Source of the DNA: Chrysochromulina tobinii
Taxonomy: Eukaryota
NCBI GenBank assembly: GCA_001275005.1
Contig: JWZX01002919.1
Coordinates: forward strand, 1 to 53,885
Direction: 5' to 3'
Length of the DNA stretch: 53,885 nt
Part shown: in pieces, positions 1 through 10,300 of the stretch
How positions within the stretch are numbered: the first letter of the stretch is position 1
How the letters are laid out: every line of letters starts with the position of its first letter
The notes under the pieces: generated by a model
What the model was told of the DNA's origin: nothing
Database searches by the model: none
What the model saw: only the letters and a program-made list of their open reading frames with translations
Made by a program: the position numbers and the translations under genes

Positions 1-88
1 CGGGGGGGGCCCGGGGGGGGGCCCCCCTTCGTTAAGAAGGAACAGTTTCTGCCCCGCGGCTGACGGCAGCGCGCGCCTTGCGACGCCG

Positions 89-1738
89 ATGTCAGCCCTT
101 CTCGCGAATCTCTCGAGTACCGAGTGGGCTATTATGCTACGCGATGGGCACGCTGCTGTGCTAACGATGTTAGCCGCGAATGTCGCGAACGTCACCGCTC
201 TGACCTCATTCAACATAACCGCGCTTGCTTACGTGGGCGCGCCCGCGCTCTATCAGCGCCTCCATGCGAAGGCGGCAACCGCGTTCCCAGGACTTGAGGA
301 GGCCACGGCCGCCATTGCTGCCGAGCGGCTGCTGTATGTCAACCAGGCGGGCTCGGCCAATCTGAGCGCAGCTGCGCTCGAACTAGACACCGTCATCCTG
401 GGGCTCTCTCTCCTCACTTTGATGCACGCCATGCTGCACCATCGACTTTCACTCCTGCCGCTCTTTCTACTCGTCGGAATCGTCATCGAGCAGCTCGCCG
501 TACGCGTCGGTCAAACGCACTGCCACAGCGAGGCGCTCCTAATGCTATCCCAGTGCTCCAGCGGCTCGAGTGTCGCTGTATACGTGCCGGTGCTCTACGC
601 ATGCCACCTGGCAATTGCACGTCTGCCGCTGCACGCAATTGCGCGCCCCTTCGCGATGGGCGTGCTGTTGTGCGTGCACAGCGCGCCGCACCTGCTCCTT
701 GGCGCCCAGCAAGGCTGGTGGACTGTCTCGTCCCCGTCGGCGGCCGCAACCCATGCAGCGCCCGCTCCCGCCGGCATCGAAGGTGGTGACGGCCGTGGCG
801 GCGAGCTGAGCGGCAGCAACGGCACGCTCACGCTGCGTGGTGGCGCCATGTGGACGCTAGGCGGCGGCGCGTCGGCGACGCTCGAGATGCCCGCTGCCCT
901 TGCCGCCGCCCTCGCGCCACGCTTCTTCGATGTCCCGACGCTGTTACCACTCGTCGCGGCGGGCGTCGGCGGCGGCCTCAGAGCCGGCCTCGCCATCAGT
1001 GGTGCGCTCGCTGCATGGCTCACGCCGCCTCGGCGCCTCTGGTGGTGTGTGCGCGCGCCGCTCGCGCTCTGGGCGGGTGTGCTCGCACCGCTTGCAGGCG
1101 CCGCCGCCGCGGCAGCTGCCTTCTATGTGCCTGCAGGCGTGCTCCTGCCAGCGATGCTGACCAGGGGCGTCTCGCAACCCCTCGCCGTCGCGGCCCTGCT
1201 CCTGCTGCTTCTCGTGCCAGTGGTGCTCCTGCCGCCGCCATCCCCAAAGCCGCGATCGGATGCACTGCTCTTCGCGATCCCGCTGTGGCACCATGCCTAC
1301 CTGCTTGTGTGGCCCGCGTGGTTCTCATCTGGCCTCGAGGCGGGCCACACTCGACCCGACCTGCCGCCCGATCTGTACGCCATCGTCGTCGTCGCCTCGT
1401 CCCTCGCACTTGCCGTGCACGCGCGTGCCGCTCTCCTATGCGCACCGCCCCAACGTACGTCCTCATCGGCCCTCGCGGGACCCTCCTCTGATCACCACCG
1501 GCCGCGCAGCAGCAGTCGAGAACTGGAACACCGCAGCAGTCGAGCAACTCGCGCCGGCTCCGCCTCGGCCGATGGCAGCGGGGGCACTAGCTCGAGCCGG
1601 TACCGGGAGCGGACCGATAGCCGTCGCACGACCGCACGTGAGGCAGACACGCGAAGCAGCCGCAGCCACAGTCTCTCCGTCTCGCATGAGGACGTACGCG
1701 AAAAAGCCAAGAGCTCCGTGGACAAGAAGAATGAGTGA
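89..1738 (+). CDS. Multi-pass membrane protein of unknown function with S/R-rich C-terminal tail
   Basis: 549-aa ATG-initiated ORF with many long hydrophobic segments (e.g. LSLLPLFLLVGIVIE, LAVAALLLLLLVPVVLL) and a low-complexity charged tail. No family recognised. Confidence 0.75.
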   Translation: MSALLANLSSTEWAIMLRDGHAAVLTMLAANVANVTALTSFNITALAYVGAPALYQRLHAKAATAFPGLEEATAAIAAERLLYVNQAGSANLSAAALELDTVILGLSLLTLMHAMLHHRLSLLPLFLLVGIVIEQLAVRVGQTHCHSEALLMLSQCSSGSSVAVYVPVLYACHLAIARLPLHAIARPFAMGVLLCVHSAPHLLLGAQQGWWTVSSPSAAATHAAPAPAGIEGGDGRGGELSGSNGTLTLRGGAMWTLGGGASATLEMPAALAAALAPRFFDVPTLLPLVAAGVGGGLRAGLAISGALAAWLTPPRRLWWCVRAPLALWAGVLAPLAGAAAAAAAFYVPAGVLLPAMLTRGVSQPLAVAALLLLLLVPVVLLPPPSPKPRSDALLFAIPLWHHAYLLVWPAWFSSGLEAGHTRPDLPPDLYAIVVVASSLALAVHARAALLCAPPQRTSSSALAGPSSDHHRPRSSSRELEHRSSRATRAGSASADGSGGTSSSRYRERTDSRRTTAREADTRSSRSHSLSVSHEDVREKAKSSVDKKNE

Positions 1739-1862
1739 ATCGCAGTGTCCGGCTCTGATAAAAAGCAGGCATCTTTTCGATGGGATGGAATTGTTCATTC
1801 ACAGACGTTCCCATTCATCATTCACAACCCTTCCTAGCGACTGTCGGACGAAGCGCGCCGAC

Positions 1863-2390
1863 ATGCCCGTGCCGGTCTGGCGCGGGCAAACCGTCTCGCA
1901 GCCAAATTCCCACAGATCGAAGTCCAACCTGGTTACGATCGTGCGGACGGTCGCACTGGCAGCACTCTCATTGCTCGCAATTTACACCACAACTCCTCGC
2001 CCACCAGCCGCAGTGGTTGAGCAGCCTGTCCTGCAAACATCTCCAAAATTTGAGCGCGCGCGCCCTCGTACCGCCCAGCCCACGCCCGACAATTGGAAAG
2101 AAATGTCAGAGGCCGATAAATTGGCATTCATAGCTCGCAACTACGGGCCTGCGTCGCCACCACCTCCAACACCCACGCCCAGCCCGCCCATCATGCTGCC
2201 ACCGACGACCACAAGAGTTCGAAGTCGACTGACGGCCTCACAATCGACCCCGGAGAATTGGAAAGACTTCCGCGAGACAGAGAAAAGGGAATTCATTACG
2301 CGCAACTACGGCAGCTTGCCCACTTACACAAGTGGAGCAGTGCCAGCTTGGGATCGTGAGTTGATTGCAGATCTTGTACGTAATCACTGA
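1863..2390 (+). CDS. Small type II membrane protein with two copies of a TPxNWK...FIxRNYG motif
   Basis: ATG at 1863 inside ORF 1260..2390. One hydrophobic segment (VALAALSLLAIY), Pro-rich linkers, and an internal protein repeat with diverged DNA, which supports coding status. Confidence 0.6.
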   Translation: MPVPVWRGQTVSQPNSHRSKSNLVTIVRTVALAALSLLAIYTTTPRPPAAVVEQPVLQTSPKFERARPRTAQPTPDNWKEMSEADKLAFIARNYGPASPPPPTPTPSPPIMLPPTTTRVRSRLTASQSTPENWKDFRETEKREFITRNYGSLPTYTSGAVPAWDRELIADLVRNH

Positions 2391-2709
2391 CGTCTCCTGT
2401 CCGCTGTCACCTCAACTGGAGACCAAATGTAAAGAATTACATTAAGCTGGGTGCCTCGTCTTTATTATATACGAAGCGTCGAGCCCGCGGTCGCTGGTCG
2501 GGCTCACGTTCCAGACGATTCGGATCCTTTTTTTCTTTTCTTACAAGTACTGTGCGTCCCGGCTCACCCCGGTTCGACGCCGTGTCCGGTACCGTACTCC
2601 GGTGTCCCTTGCCGTGTTTTTTGTTTGATGACAGTGATGACGAGCCGACTTGTCGGAATTTGTCGGAACACCCGCTGGCCGACGAAGCCCCTCTATCCTG
2701 ACCCGAGCG

Positions 2710-4107
2710 ATGGCCCTTCGCATATTAACGCTCGCGTTGGGCGTCTCACCCCAGCAGCATCGCGCATCTGTCACATTCACCGAGCTGCAACGGTCCTTTT
2801 GGAGCGAAACCTCTGGCATCTGGCGCAGCTCCATGTGGTGGCAGTCTGCCAACACCGTCGAGGTGCTTGCCAACCTTGGGCTTGCATCGCAGTCGGATAA
2901 GCCCGAGATTGTACGTGTCCTCGCGGCGGTGTTCAACGCCACCTCCGACGACACCATCGCCAGATGTGATAAAAAGGTGGATCTGACGTTCTCCGGCTAC
3001 TTTGATGATGAGCTGTGGTGGGGCATCGGGTGGCTGCGAGCATACGTCCTCACGGGCGAGTTCAAGTACCTCAACCGTTCGCGTTTCGTGTTCGATGATA
3101 TCGTCAACCGTTCGTGGTGGAACGCGTCCTGCCAAGGCGGCGTGTGCTGGCAAGCCGCGCGTGACCCGAAGGACATGGGCAAGTGCTACAAGAATGCGAT
3201 CACCAACGAGCTCTTCTTGAGCTTAGGTGCACAGCTCACCGTAACCTATTCGGAGCGATGCAACGGCGCCCGGCGCCGGATGAAGGACGCCACAGCCGCT
3301 CTGTGGCCCGAATCGCATCTGCCGCCCGACTGTGCTGCCGCCGCATACACGGCGAGTTGGGCGCAGTCGGAGCTCGAGTGGTTTCTCAACTCTGGCATGA
3401 TCAATAAGTCGTCGCTCGTCAACGACGGTCTCGACACATTCGACACCCACCAGGAGGTCTGCCTGAGCAAGCAGGATGGTGCCTACTCGTACAACCAGGG
3501 CGTCATACTCTCCGGCCTCGGGCTGCTCTGGGCACAGAGGCAGAAGGAGCGACAGCCTGAGCAACCGCAACGATGGTCGGTGGTAGCAGCTGGTCAGCCG
3601 GCAGCGGTGAGTGACGTGGACCTACTGCACCTCGCCGCATCGATCGTCGAAGCAGTTTGGAGCTCGCCGTTCGTGTACAATGAGAGCGGTGGCGTGCTCA
3701 GAGATCTCGGTGAGCCCCTTCTCGTGCAGGGTACGGTGCCCAATCTGTACGAGGGCAGCCCGGGCACCGACGGCCTGCAGTTCAAGGGCATTCTGGTGCG
3801 GCACATGCGATACCTCATTGACGCTGTGCTCGACGCTAGCGGCGGCTCGGAGGACAAGGCGCAGGCAGCTGTTGCGGCCGCGGGAGGTAATCTGTCTCAG
3901 TGGCGTGCGCGGATCACACGAAATGCCGAGGCCATTTGGGAGAACGCAGCTTGCGCGAGGGAGCTGTCGTACTCAGTTGGAGCCGCCCTCGAGGTGCCGG
4001 CCTTGTTTGGCTACCGTTTTCTGGGACCGTGCGCGTGGGCATTCGGCGGTCCGAGCGCAACTACGCAGACGCAGGCGCTGGATGTTTTCGTCGCAGCAAT
4101 CTTCTGA
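2710..4107 (+). CDS. Secreted glycoside hydrolase family 76 (alpha-1,6-mannanase-like)
   Basis: GH76 motifs YFDDELWW (adjacent catalytic Asp pair), GGVCW, YKNAITNELF, SGMIN, NDGL, YSYNQGVILSGL and FKGILVRH. Hydrophobic N-terminus from ATG 2710. Confidence 0.9.
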   Translation: MALRILTLALGVSPQQHRASVTFTELQRSFWSETSGIWRSSMWWQSANTVEVLANLGLASQSDKPEIVRVLAAVFNATSDDTIARCDKKVDLTFSGYFDDELWWGIGWLRAYVLTGEFKYLNRSRFVFDDIVNRSWWNASCQGGVCWQAARDPKDMGKCYKNAITNELFLSLGAQLTVTYSERCNGARRRMKDATAALWPESHLPPDCAAAAYTASWAQSELEWFLNSGMINKSSLVNDGLDTFDTHQEVCLSKQDGAYSYNQGVILSGLGLLWAQRQKERQPEQPQRWSVVAAGQPAAVSDVDLLHLAASIVEAVWSSPFVYNESGGVLRDLGEPLLVQGTVPNLYEGSPGTDGLQFKGILVRHMRYLIDAVLDASGGSEDKAQAAVAAAGGNLSQWRARITRNAEAIWENAACARELSYSVGAALEVPALFGYRFLGPCAWAFGGPSATTQTQALDVFVAAIF

Positions 4108-4263
4108 GCCATCCTCCCCGAACGATTCTGAGATGGTCGTGTGGGTTCTTTCGCCGTAGCCGAGGCGGCGTCGTCGTGGGCGTTTCGCCGATTTGCCCGC
4201 CCCAAGTTTTTCCTAGCAAAGCACCGCACCGATTATTACCGCACACCCGCCCGGCCCAAGTGA

Positions 4264-4769
4264 ATGCCGCCCAGCTTCGGCGGGGCACAGGCGTCGCGGC
4301 CAGGGAACAAGATCGTGCAAGTGCAAGCGCAGGTCGATGCTGTCAAGGGCGTCATGTACGGCGCCACTGCCCCTGCTAGCGCTCGACATCTCTGTGCGGG
4401 GAGGCTGCCTCTGCTGCTTGACACCGCTGCTCGCCACATCGCTTGGCATGCGTGAGCTCATGCCGCTGTGCGGCGCGCCGGCTTGCTCGCAGGCAAGAGA
4501 ACGTCGAAGTCATGCTGGCCAATATCGACAAGACGGAGGTGCTTGAGAACAAGTCTGCGGAGCTCGCCAACCAGGCAAAGGCGTTCCACAAGACGGCGCG
4601 TGCAACGAAACGGCACATGTGTAGGCAGAACGCGAAGATGAATATTTTGATCGCCTGCATTTGCCTCGTCGTCATCATTGTCATCATCGTTTCATTAATT
4701 CCTTCCTTCACGGCGGCGAGCAGTGCCATCGCGCCAGCATCGCCCTCATCGCCTTCACCGTCAACCTAA
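4264..4769 (+). CDS. Short synaptobrevin/VAMP-type R-SNARE (2 exons: 4264-4355, 4493-4769)
   Basis: GT-AG intron 4356-4492 joins KIVQVQAQVDAVKGVM to QENVEVMLANIDKTEVLENKSAELANQAKAF, giving a complete SNARE heptad followed by a basic linker and a C-terminal TM helix. Confidence 0.9.
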
Positions 4770-5283
4770 CCGTGGAACCGTCCCGGCTGGCACTGTCGTG
4801 GTGACCGGCCGTGCGGCGCCTGCTCGACTTCCGACGGGGCGCCGCGCAGGTTGCTGGAGGAAGGAGTCGGTCCGAGAGTAGTTCTCGAAAACGGCAACCG
4901 CGTGGCGGCACGAGACGGCCCGGCCAGAGCCGGCACAGTGATAGAACAACCTCACTTTTTTCGACGCAGTGTTTTAGTGTTTCTCGCCCACAGAATAGGT
5001 GTCACGCGTCGCATGCACGTACATGCACGGGCCAACGGCACGAGAGCGCACACCGCTTCGCGCACAGAAGAGTCTAATCCACGGACTCCCGGGCCGGGCT
5101 GTCCCCACACCGTCTACACTGACTCTGACACTCCCGCGGTCCCGCGAGCGAGCCGGGCGTGAGTGTTCTCGGCGTTCGTCGCTCGTTCGGAAGGTACAGA
5201 TCCGACCCTGGGAGCTCAGCCCAGCGCCCAGCACAGTCGACAGCACTACGCCCCCCTATCGCCACTTTTGGCGCTGCCCATCG

Positions 5284-8200
5284 TCAGCAAAACTTGTTGA
5301 GCGTGAGGGCGGCGCGGTTGACAGCGTACGGCCCGTTGAAGACGAGCTGAACGGCCGTCTCCTCGCCGTAATCGAGGTCGGGAAGCAGCTTGGGTGTGAG
5401 GAGGAAGTACTGCTTGCCCCCCTCCTTGCACGCGTGCGTGATGCACTCGAACACGTGTCGCTCGTTGGTCGAGTCCATGGCTTGGTTGATCTCGTCGACC
5501 ACGCGGAAGGGCGCCGGATTGATGGACTGCAGCGAGATGAGGTACACCATCGTCGCGACGGAGCGCTCGCCGCCCGAGTCGCGCCCTCCCTCGCCCAGCA
5601 CGTGCAGCGACTCATTCGAGCGCCACTGCACCTTGATGTGCACCTTGTACTGCGCGAAGTCGTCGGCGCCCTCGGGCTCACCCGTCTGTGGGCTGCGCTT
5701 GCGCCCGTCGACGAGCTCGACGTGGCCCACGCACCGGAAGCGCTCGAAGTACGCAGAGAAGTTGTCGTCCACGATCGTGATCATCTCCTCGAGCTTGGGC
5801 TTCCATTCGGCGACGAGCGAGTGGAGGTGCTCGCGCTTCGCCTCGATCTCGGCCTGCGTGTCGCTCGCAGTGCCCTTGGCAGCCTCAATCTCTTCACAGC
5901 GCTTCTCGAAGTCGCGGAGCGTCTTGCCGTCGTCGTCGTCACTCGAGGCGATATCTTCCTCGAGCGACTCGATCTCCGCATCGAGCTCTTTCAGGTCGCC
6001 TGGCATCGCATACCACTCGTCCTCATGCTTCTGCTCGCCTCCGCGCAGGCCTGAGCGCGCGTCCCGCTCAAAGTGCGGCGCCGCCCTCTTGGCCTCGGAC
6101 TTCTTCTTGGCCGCCGCGTCGTTCGCGGCCTTGGTCTGTTCCTTCGCCTCCTCCATCTCGCGCTTCAGCGCGTCCACCTCCCTTGCTGCCTGCTCGGCCG
6201 CATCCTTGGCGTCAGCCAGTTGCCGAGTGGCCACCCTCACTGTGAGGCGGGCGCCATACTCGTCGGTGCAGGCTTTCGTGCGCGCGAGCTGCGCCTTGCC
6301 CATCCGCGCCATCAGCTGCGCCTCCTTGCGGGCAGCCTGCACGAGCTTCTCTTGCAGCTCCGCCCGCTTCGCGCCCACATCGAAGGCGGCCTCCTCGCGC
6401 CGCGCTACGTCCACGCGCTGCTTGTACGCCGGCAGCCTCTCCTCAAGCACCTTGATCCCACTGAAGCCTTCATTGAAGGTGGTCAGCTCCTGCTGCTTCT
6501 GCTGCTTCGCCTCATTCAGGTGCGTCAGGCGCTCCTGGAGCTGCGCCTTGCGATCCGTGTGCTCGTTGAAGGCGTGCTTGGCGGACTCGAAGGCAGCCTG
6601 CGCGATCTCGAGCTGCTTCGGATCGGCGGCGATGGCGTAGAGGTCGTTTCGCGCGCGAGGGTTCTGCGTGGTGTTGATGAGCGCCCTGTTGCCATACTTG
6701 GAGCGCTGCACGCGATAAGTGCGCTCAGGTGTCAATATGGTCACCTGGTCCACCTGATTTTCGGCGAGGTATTGTTGCAGCTCCTCTATCTTTTCTTGCG
6801 TCCTCTTCGTACCGAGCAGGTACTTGTCGATCGAAGTCAGGTCCTTGAGCGCGCCGAGGATCTGATCGCGGTTCTCGGGCGCGATCGACACAGCCTCGTC
6901 GAGCCACTTGGTCACTCCGAAGCGCGCCATGTCGCTTGAGCTCGGCCGTTTGGACGGAGTGAACGCGGCGCCCGAGTAACGGTACACGTTGACGTTCCAC
7001 TTCATGTCGGCCACTTTCTTGTTGAGCGCTGTGCGTGCCTCGTCGCTGAGCGCGAGGAAGGCGAACGCGTGCTTGGCACCGATCGCTTCCTCGCAAAGTT
7101 TCTGGTGACTCGGATCTGGCACGTCGATCTTCATGAGGAGCGGACCGATCGAGTTGATCACGTCCAGTGGCCCTGTCTCACTGTTCTTGACCGTGTCCAC
7201 CCAGTTGGCGAGCTCGGCGGCGTGTTTGTTACCACTTGCGACCTTTTGCATCTTGCGGAGCTCGACGTTGTTCAGCTCTTCAAGTTTGGCTTTCGCCTGC
7301 TGGAGCGTCGCGTTCAGCTCGGCGGTGTGGCTCTCGTGGTTGCGCAGCTCCGCCTGCGCGTCCTGCGCCTCGCGTCGGGCGGCATCGAACGCCGCCTGCA
7401 GCGAGGCGCGGCGCGCAGCTGGGTCCTCGCCGCTTTTTGCAGCATTCAGCTGCGCGCGCTTGGTCGTAATCTCCGATTCGAGCCTCGACAGCTTCTCCTC
7501 TTCCTCCTCCCGCTTCTTGCGCAACTTATCCAGGTGCTTGTCCAACTTGCCGATCTCAGTCTCCAATCCCTCCTTGAGCTCACCTCCCTTCTCGTTCTCG
7601 TTGTACACCTGCATCCTCTCGTTGTCCGCCTTGAGAGCGCGCTGGTTCGCCTCCTTGAGCTTCTTCTCGAACTCCTTCTTCGCGTTCTCCAGCGGCGCAG
7701 ACTCCTCCGTTTTCTTTGATAACTGCGCCTGAGCCTCCTTGTATTCCGCCTTCTTCGTGGTGTACTTGGCGTGCTCGTCCACGGCCATCTTCTCCAGAAC
7801 CTCTGCCTCGACCCAGGTCTTCTTGCCGCGGAAGCCGTCGAGGCGGCGCTTATTCTCCTGCAGGCGCCGGAAGCGCTCTACGTCCTGCTCGAGGGCGCGA
7901 TTGATGCGCTCGAGGTCCTCGAGCTTCTTCTTCTCGGTGGTGAGCCGCTGCTCGACGCCCAGCACCTCCTTGTCGAGCTCAATCAGTTGCTGGTGCTGCT
8001 TGTAGACCTCGGGGCCGATGGCCATCTCTGTGTGCTTGAGCAGCTCCTGCGGCGACATGTTCGAGAACTGGCCAACCTTGTCCTGTGGCAGGAATTGGAG
8101 GGGGTTGTCGACCTGGATGTTGAGCCCCTCCATCGTCTCCCTGACCTTCTTTTCGGTCACCAGCACGCCGTCCATCCTCCACTCCTTCTTGTTCTCTATG

Positions 8201-8595
8201 TTGAAATCGAGGCGCACGGTGAGGTTGCGCCCGGGCGAGACGCCGTCAACCAGCTCGGTCTCCACGAAGCCACTCGTGATCAGCTGACCCTTTTCATCTT
8301 TATGCTGGCCTTCGCCGTGCACGCAAGACTTGATCTGATCGCCGCGCTCCGTGAGTTTGAGAGGCCCACCTAGTCCCACGCACATGGCGCACACGATGCT
8401 ACTCTTGCCAGTCCCATTTGGGCCGACAATGCAGTTGAGCTGCGAGCCAGGGTCAGCGATCTCAGCGTCGCGGTAGGACATGAAGTTGTGCAGGCGCACG
8501 CGCGCAATCGTGCCACGCTTGCTATTGTGGGCGGACTCGGTCGCCGTGCGCAGCTTCTTCGCCGGCCGCGCGCCTGCGCCTGGTGCACTGCTCAT
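5284..8595 (-). CDS. SMC5: Structural maintenance of chromosomes protein 5
   Basis: LHNFMSY, Walker A GPNGTGKSSIVCA, NIQVDNPLQFLPQDKV, coiled coils with hinge, signature SGGERS and PFRVVDEINQAMD are all SMC5-typical. Start taken at ATG 8595 (MSSAPG); an upstream in-frame start is possible. Confidence 0.95.
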   Translation of the reverse strand: MSSAPGAGARPAKKLRTATESAHNSKRGTIARVRLHNFMSYRDAEIADPGSQLNCIVGPNGTGKSSIVCAMCVGLGGPLKLTERGDQIKSCVHGEGQHKDEKGQLITSGFVETELVDGVSPGRNLTVRLDFNIENKKEWRMDGVLVTEKKVRETMEGLNIQVDNPLQFLPQDKVGQFSNMSPQELLKHTEMAIGPEVYKQHQQLIELDKEVLGVEQRLTTEKKKLEDLERINRALEQDVERFRRLQENKRRLDGFRGKKTWVEAEVLEKMAVDEHAKYTTKKAEYKEAQAQLSKKTEESAPLENAKKEFEKKLKEANQRALKADNERMQVYNENEKGGELKEGLETEIGKLDKHLDKLRKKREEEEEKLSRLESEITTKRAQLNAAKSGEDPAARRASLQAAFDAARREAQDAQAELRNHESHTAELNATLQQAKAKLEELNNVELRKMQKVASGNKHAAELANWVDTVKNSETGPLDVINSIGPLLMKIDVPDPSHQKLCEEAIGAKHAFAFLALSDEARTALNKKVADMKWNVNVYRYSGAAFTPSKRPSSSDMARFGVTKWLDEAVSIAPENRDQILGALKDLTSIDKYLLGTKRTQEKIEELQQYLAENQVDQVTILTPERTYRVQRSKYGNRALINTTQNPRARNDLYAIAADPKQLEIAQAAFESAKHAFNEHTDRKAQLQERLTHLNEAKQQKQQELTTFNEGFSGIKVLEERLPAYKQRVDVARREEAAFDVGAKRAELQEKLVQAARKEAQLMARMGKAQLARTKACTDEYGARLTVRVATRQLADAKDAAEQAAREVDALKREMEEAKEQTKAANDAAAKKKSEAKRAAPHFERDARSGLRGGEQKHEDEWYAMPGDLKELDAEIESLEEDIASSDDDDGKTLRDFEKRCEEIEAAKGTASDTQAEIEAKREHLHSLVAEWKPKLEEMITIVDDNFSAYFERFRCVGHVELVDGRKRSPQTGEPEGADDFAQYKVHIKVQWRSNESLHVLGEGGRDSGGERSVATMVYLISLQSINPAPFRVVDEINQAMDSTNERHVFECITHACKEGGKQYFLLTPKLLPDLDYGEETAVQLVFNGPYAVNRAALTLNKFC

Positions 8596-8741
8596 GAGGA
8601 CCCGCGACTGGCTCCAGGAAAGGCGGCAAGCACGAATTCCCCACATGGAGCCACGAAGTATCCTCCTGAATTTCATGCAGAAACGCAAAAGACTTTCACA
8701 GCATTCTTTCACAGGAACGCATAAATCCTTCATCTGTAGCG

Positions 8742-9719
8742 ATGGCCTCTGTAGCGATGGCCTCTGGTGTCGCGCATGACGACTCAGCGTTCAACGCAGC
8801 GACCACGGCGGTCCGCTTAGAGTGTTGGCTGGGCGCGGTGCCTGCGGTGTTCAGGCTCGCTCCCGACGAGGTGTGCGGCATCCGGCCGCCGCGGCCCTTC
8901 CACCTTGCCCTGCCGCGCCAGTCGTTGCTCCCATTTGTTTGTGAGGCCGTGAGGGCACACTTTGCGCCCTTTGGGCCACCGCTGGGCGGTGAGCTCTGGT
9001 TCGAGCATGCTGGCACACCGCTGCGATGGCAACTTCCGATTGGAGTGCTCTTTGACCTGCTTGTCGGCGAGGAGGGGGCCGCCAGCGCGGCCTTGCCATG
9101 GGCCATCACGGTCCACTTTGCATCCTTCCCGAGCCACACGCTGCTCAAGGCGACGCGTGCGGAGGCAGAGGCCGTACTGCTCAACGCGCTCAAGGAGTCG
9201 TGCTACCTGCGGTGCGGCTCGGCGCTGCCCGCGATGTCGCTCTCACCCGCCGACCAGGAAAAGCTCACCACGGCACTGGGCTCTTTCGACGAGAGCGCTT
9301 ACAAATTAGGCTACGCTCCCGTCGCCGCGGCCATCAACGAGGCCACTGCCAACCAGCTCAACCGTCAGCCGCCACGCTCCATCCCGGTGCGAGTCTTCAC
9401 TTCGCCCACGGCATGGCGACAGCAGCCGTTTGCGCCGCGCCAGGCCGACGGCTCGCCGTCGACGCTCCGGAGCTCACTCGAGCAGCTGCTGCCCGCACAC
9501 TTTGACACAGCTGCTGTCGGCGGCGCGAGTGGTGCGAGCGGTGGGGACGGAGGGACGCCGCGAGTCACTGTCCAGGGCGTTGCGGTACCTCTTGACGTCT
9601 CGCTCGTCTTCCTTGCGTCCGCATGCTGCTGCCCAGATGGATGGCTGTACGTGTGCATCCAACTTCCGGCTGACGTTCCACCCTGCGACACGGCGAGGCC
9701 CGAGAGGGCAGCCACGTGA
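8742..9719 (+). CDS. ATG5: Autophagy protein 5
   Basis: LRWQLPIGVLFDLL, LPWAITVHFASFP, LNALKESCYLRCG (ATG12-acceptor Lys position), IPVRVF, VQGVAVPLD and PDGWLYVCI match ATG5 motifs. Confidence 0.93.
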   Translation: MASVAMASGVAHDDSAFNAATTAVRLECWLGAVPAVFRLAPDEVCGIRPPRPFHLALPRQSLLPFVCEAVRAHFAPFGPPLGGELWFEHAGTPLRWQLPIGVLFDLLVGEEGAASAALPWAITVHFASFPSHTLLKATRAEAEAVLLNALKESCYLRCGSALPAMSLSPADQEKLTTALGSFDESAYKLGYAPVAAAINEATANQLNRQPPRSIPVRVFTSPTAWRQQPFAPRQADGSPSTLRSSLEQLLPAHFDTAAVGGASGASGGDGGTPRVTVQGVAVPLDVSLVFLASACCCPDGWLYVCIQLPADVPPCDTARPERAAT

Positions 9720-10300
9720 GGTGAGGTCAAATCGCAACGAATCCGGCACAGCGTGTACGCGACACACCAGCAGCGACAGCACCTCTCACCTTCATCTGAC
9801 CTGGCGCGCGAAAATGCACGATTAGAAAACCGCCTAATCGCTCGGGCAGCGTGCACGCGCCAGTCGCCACCAGCGGTGACAGTCACGTGAGTCGGACGAA
9901 AAAGTGCGCTAACATAGTATCTTGTACTGAGCTATGATATAAAACGGGACCCGCTTACGCGGATTAGGACGCCCCGCGGCTCGGCCCGCACACGGGCGCG
10001 CGGCGTTGGACGACTCACCACAACCGAACAGTCCAGTCGACGCGAGCTCCTAGTACGCACGCAGCCGAGACGAGCAGCCACGCAACAGCCAACCGAACAC
10101 ACACGCTCGCCATCCCGCATGGACCATGTTCGTGCATTTACCTTTACCATGGGGCATGCGCATGTATCATTTGACAGTTAGTGTACAGCAGCATATCGAA
10201 GCAGCATATGGGCATAGCCGCGAGGGGCAGTACAGTACATGAGTGCGGCTAGCCTCGAGCCGTGCAGCAAGGGCCGAACGCGCCCTATCGAGAACTAGAC

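Noticed and set aside
2710..4107. Recent bacterial horizontal transfer of intronless GH76 or alpha/beta-hydrolase
   Set aside because: Composition matches neighbours and many native genes here are intronless; a phylogeny would be needed.
4999..8373. Long + strand ORFs antisense to SMC5 (and similar ones opposite sAC, GH2 and EF-hand genes)
   Set aside because: Shadow ORFs expected from high GC3 codon bias; no motifs.
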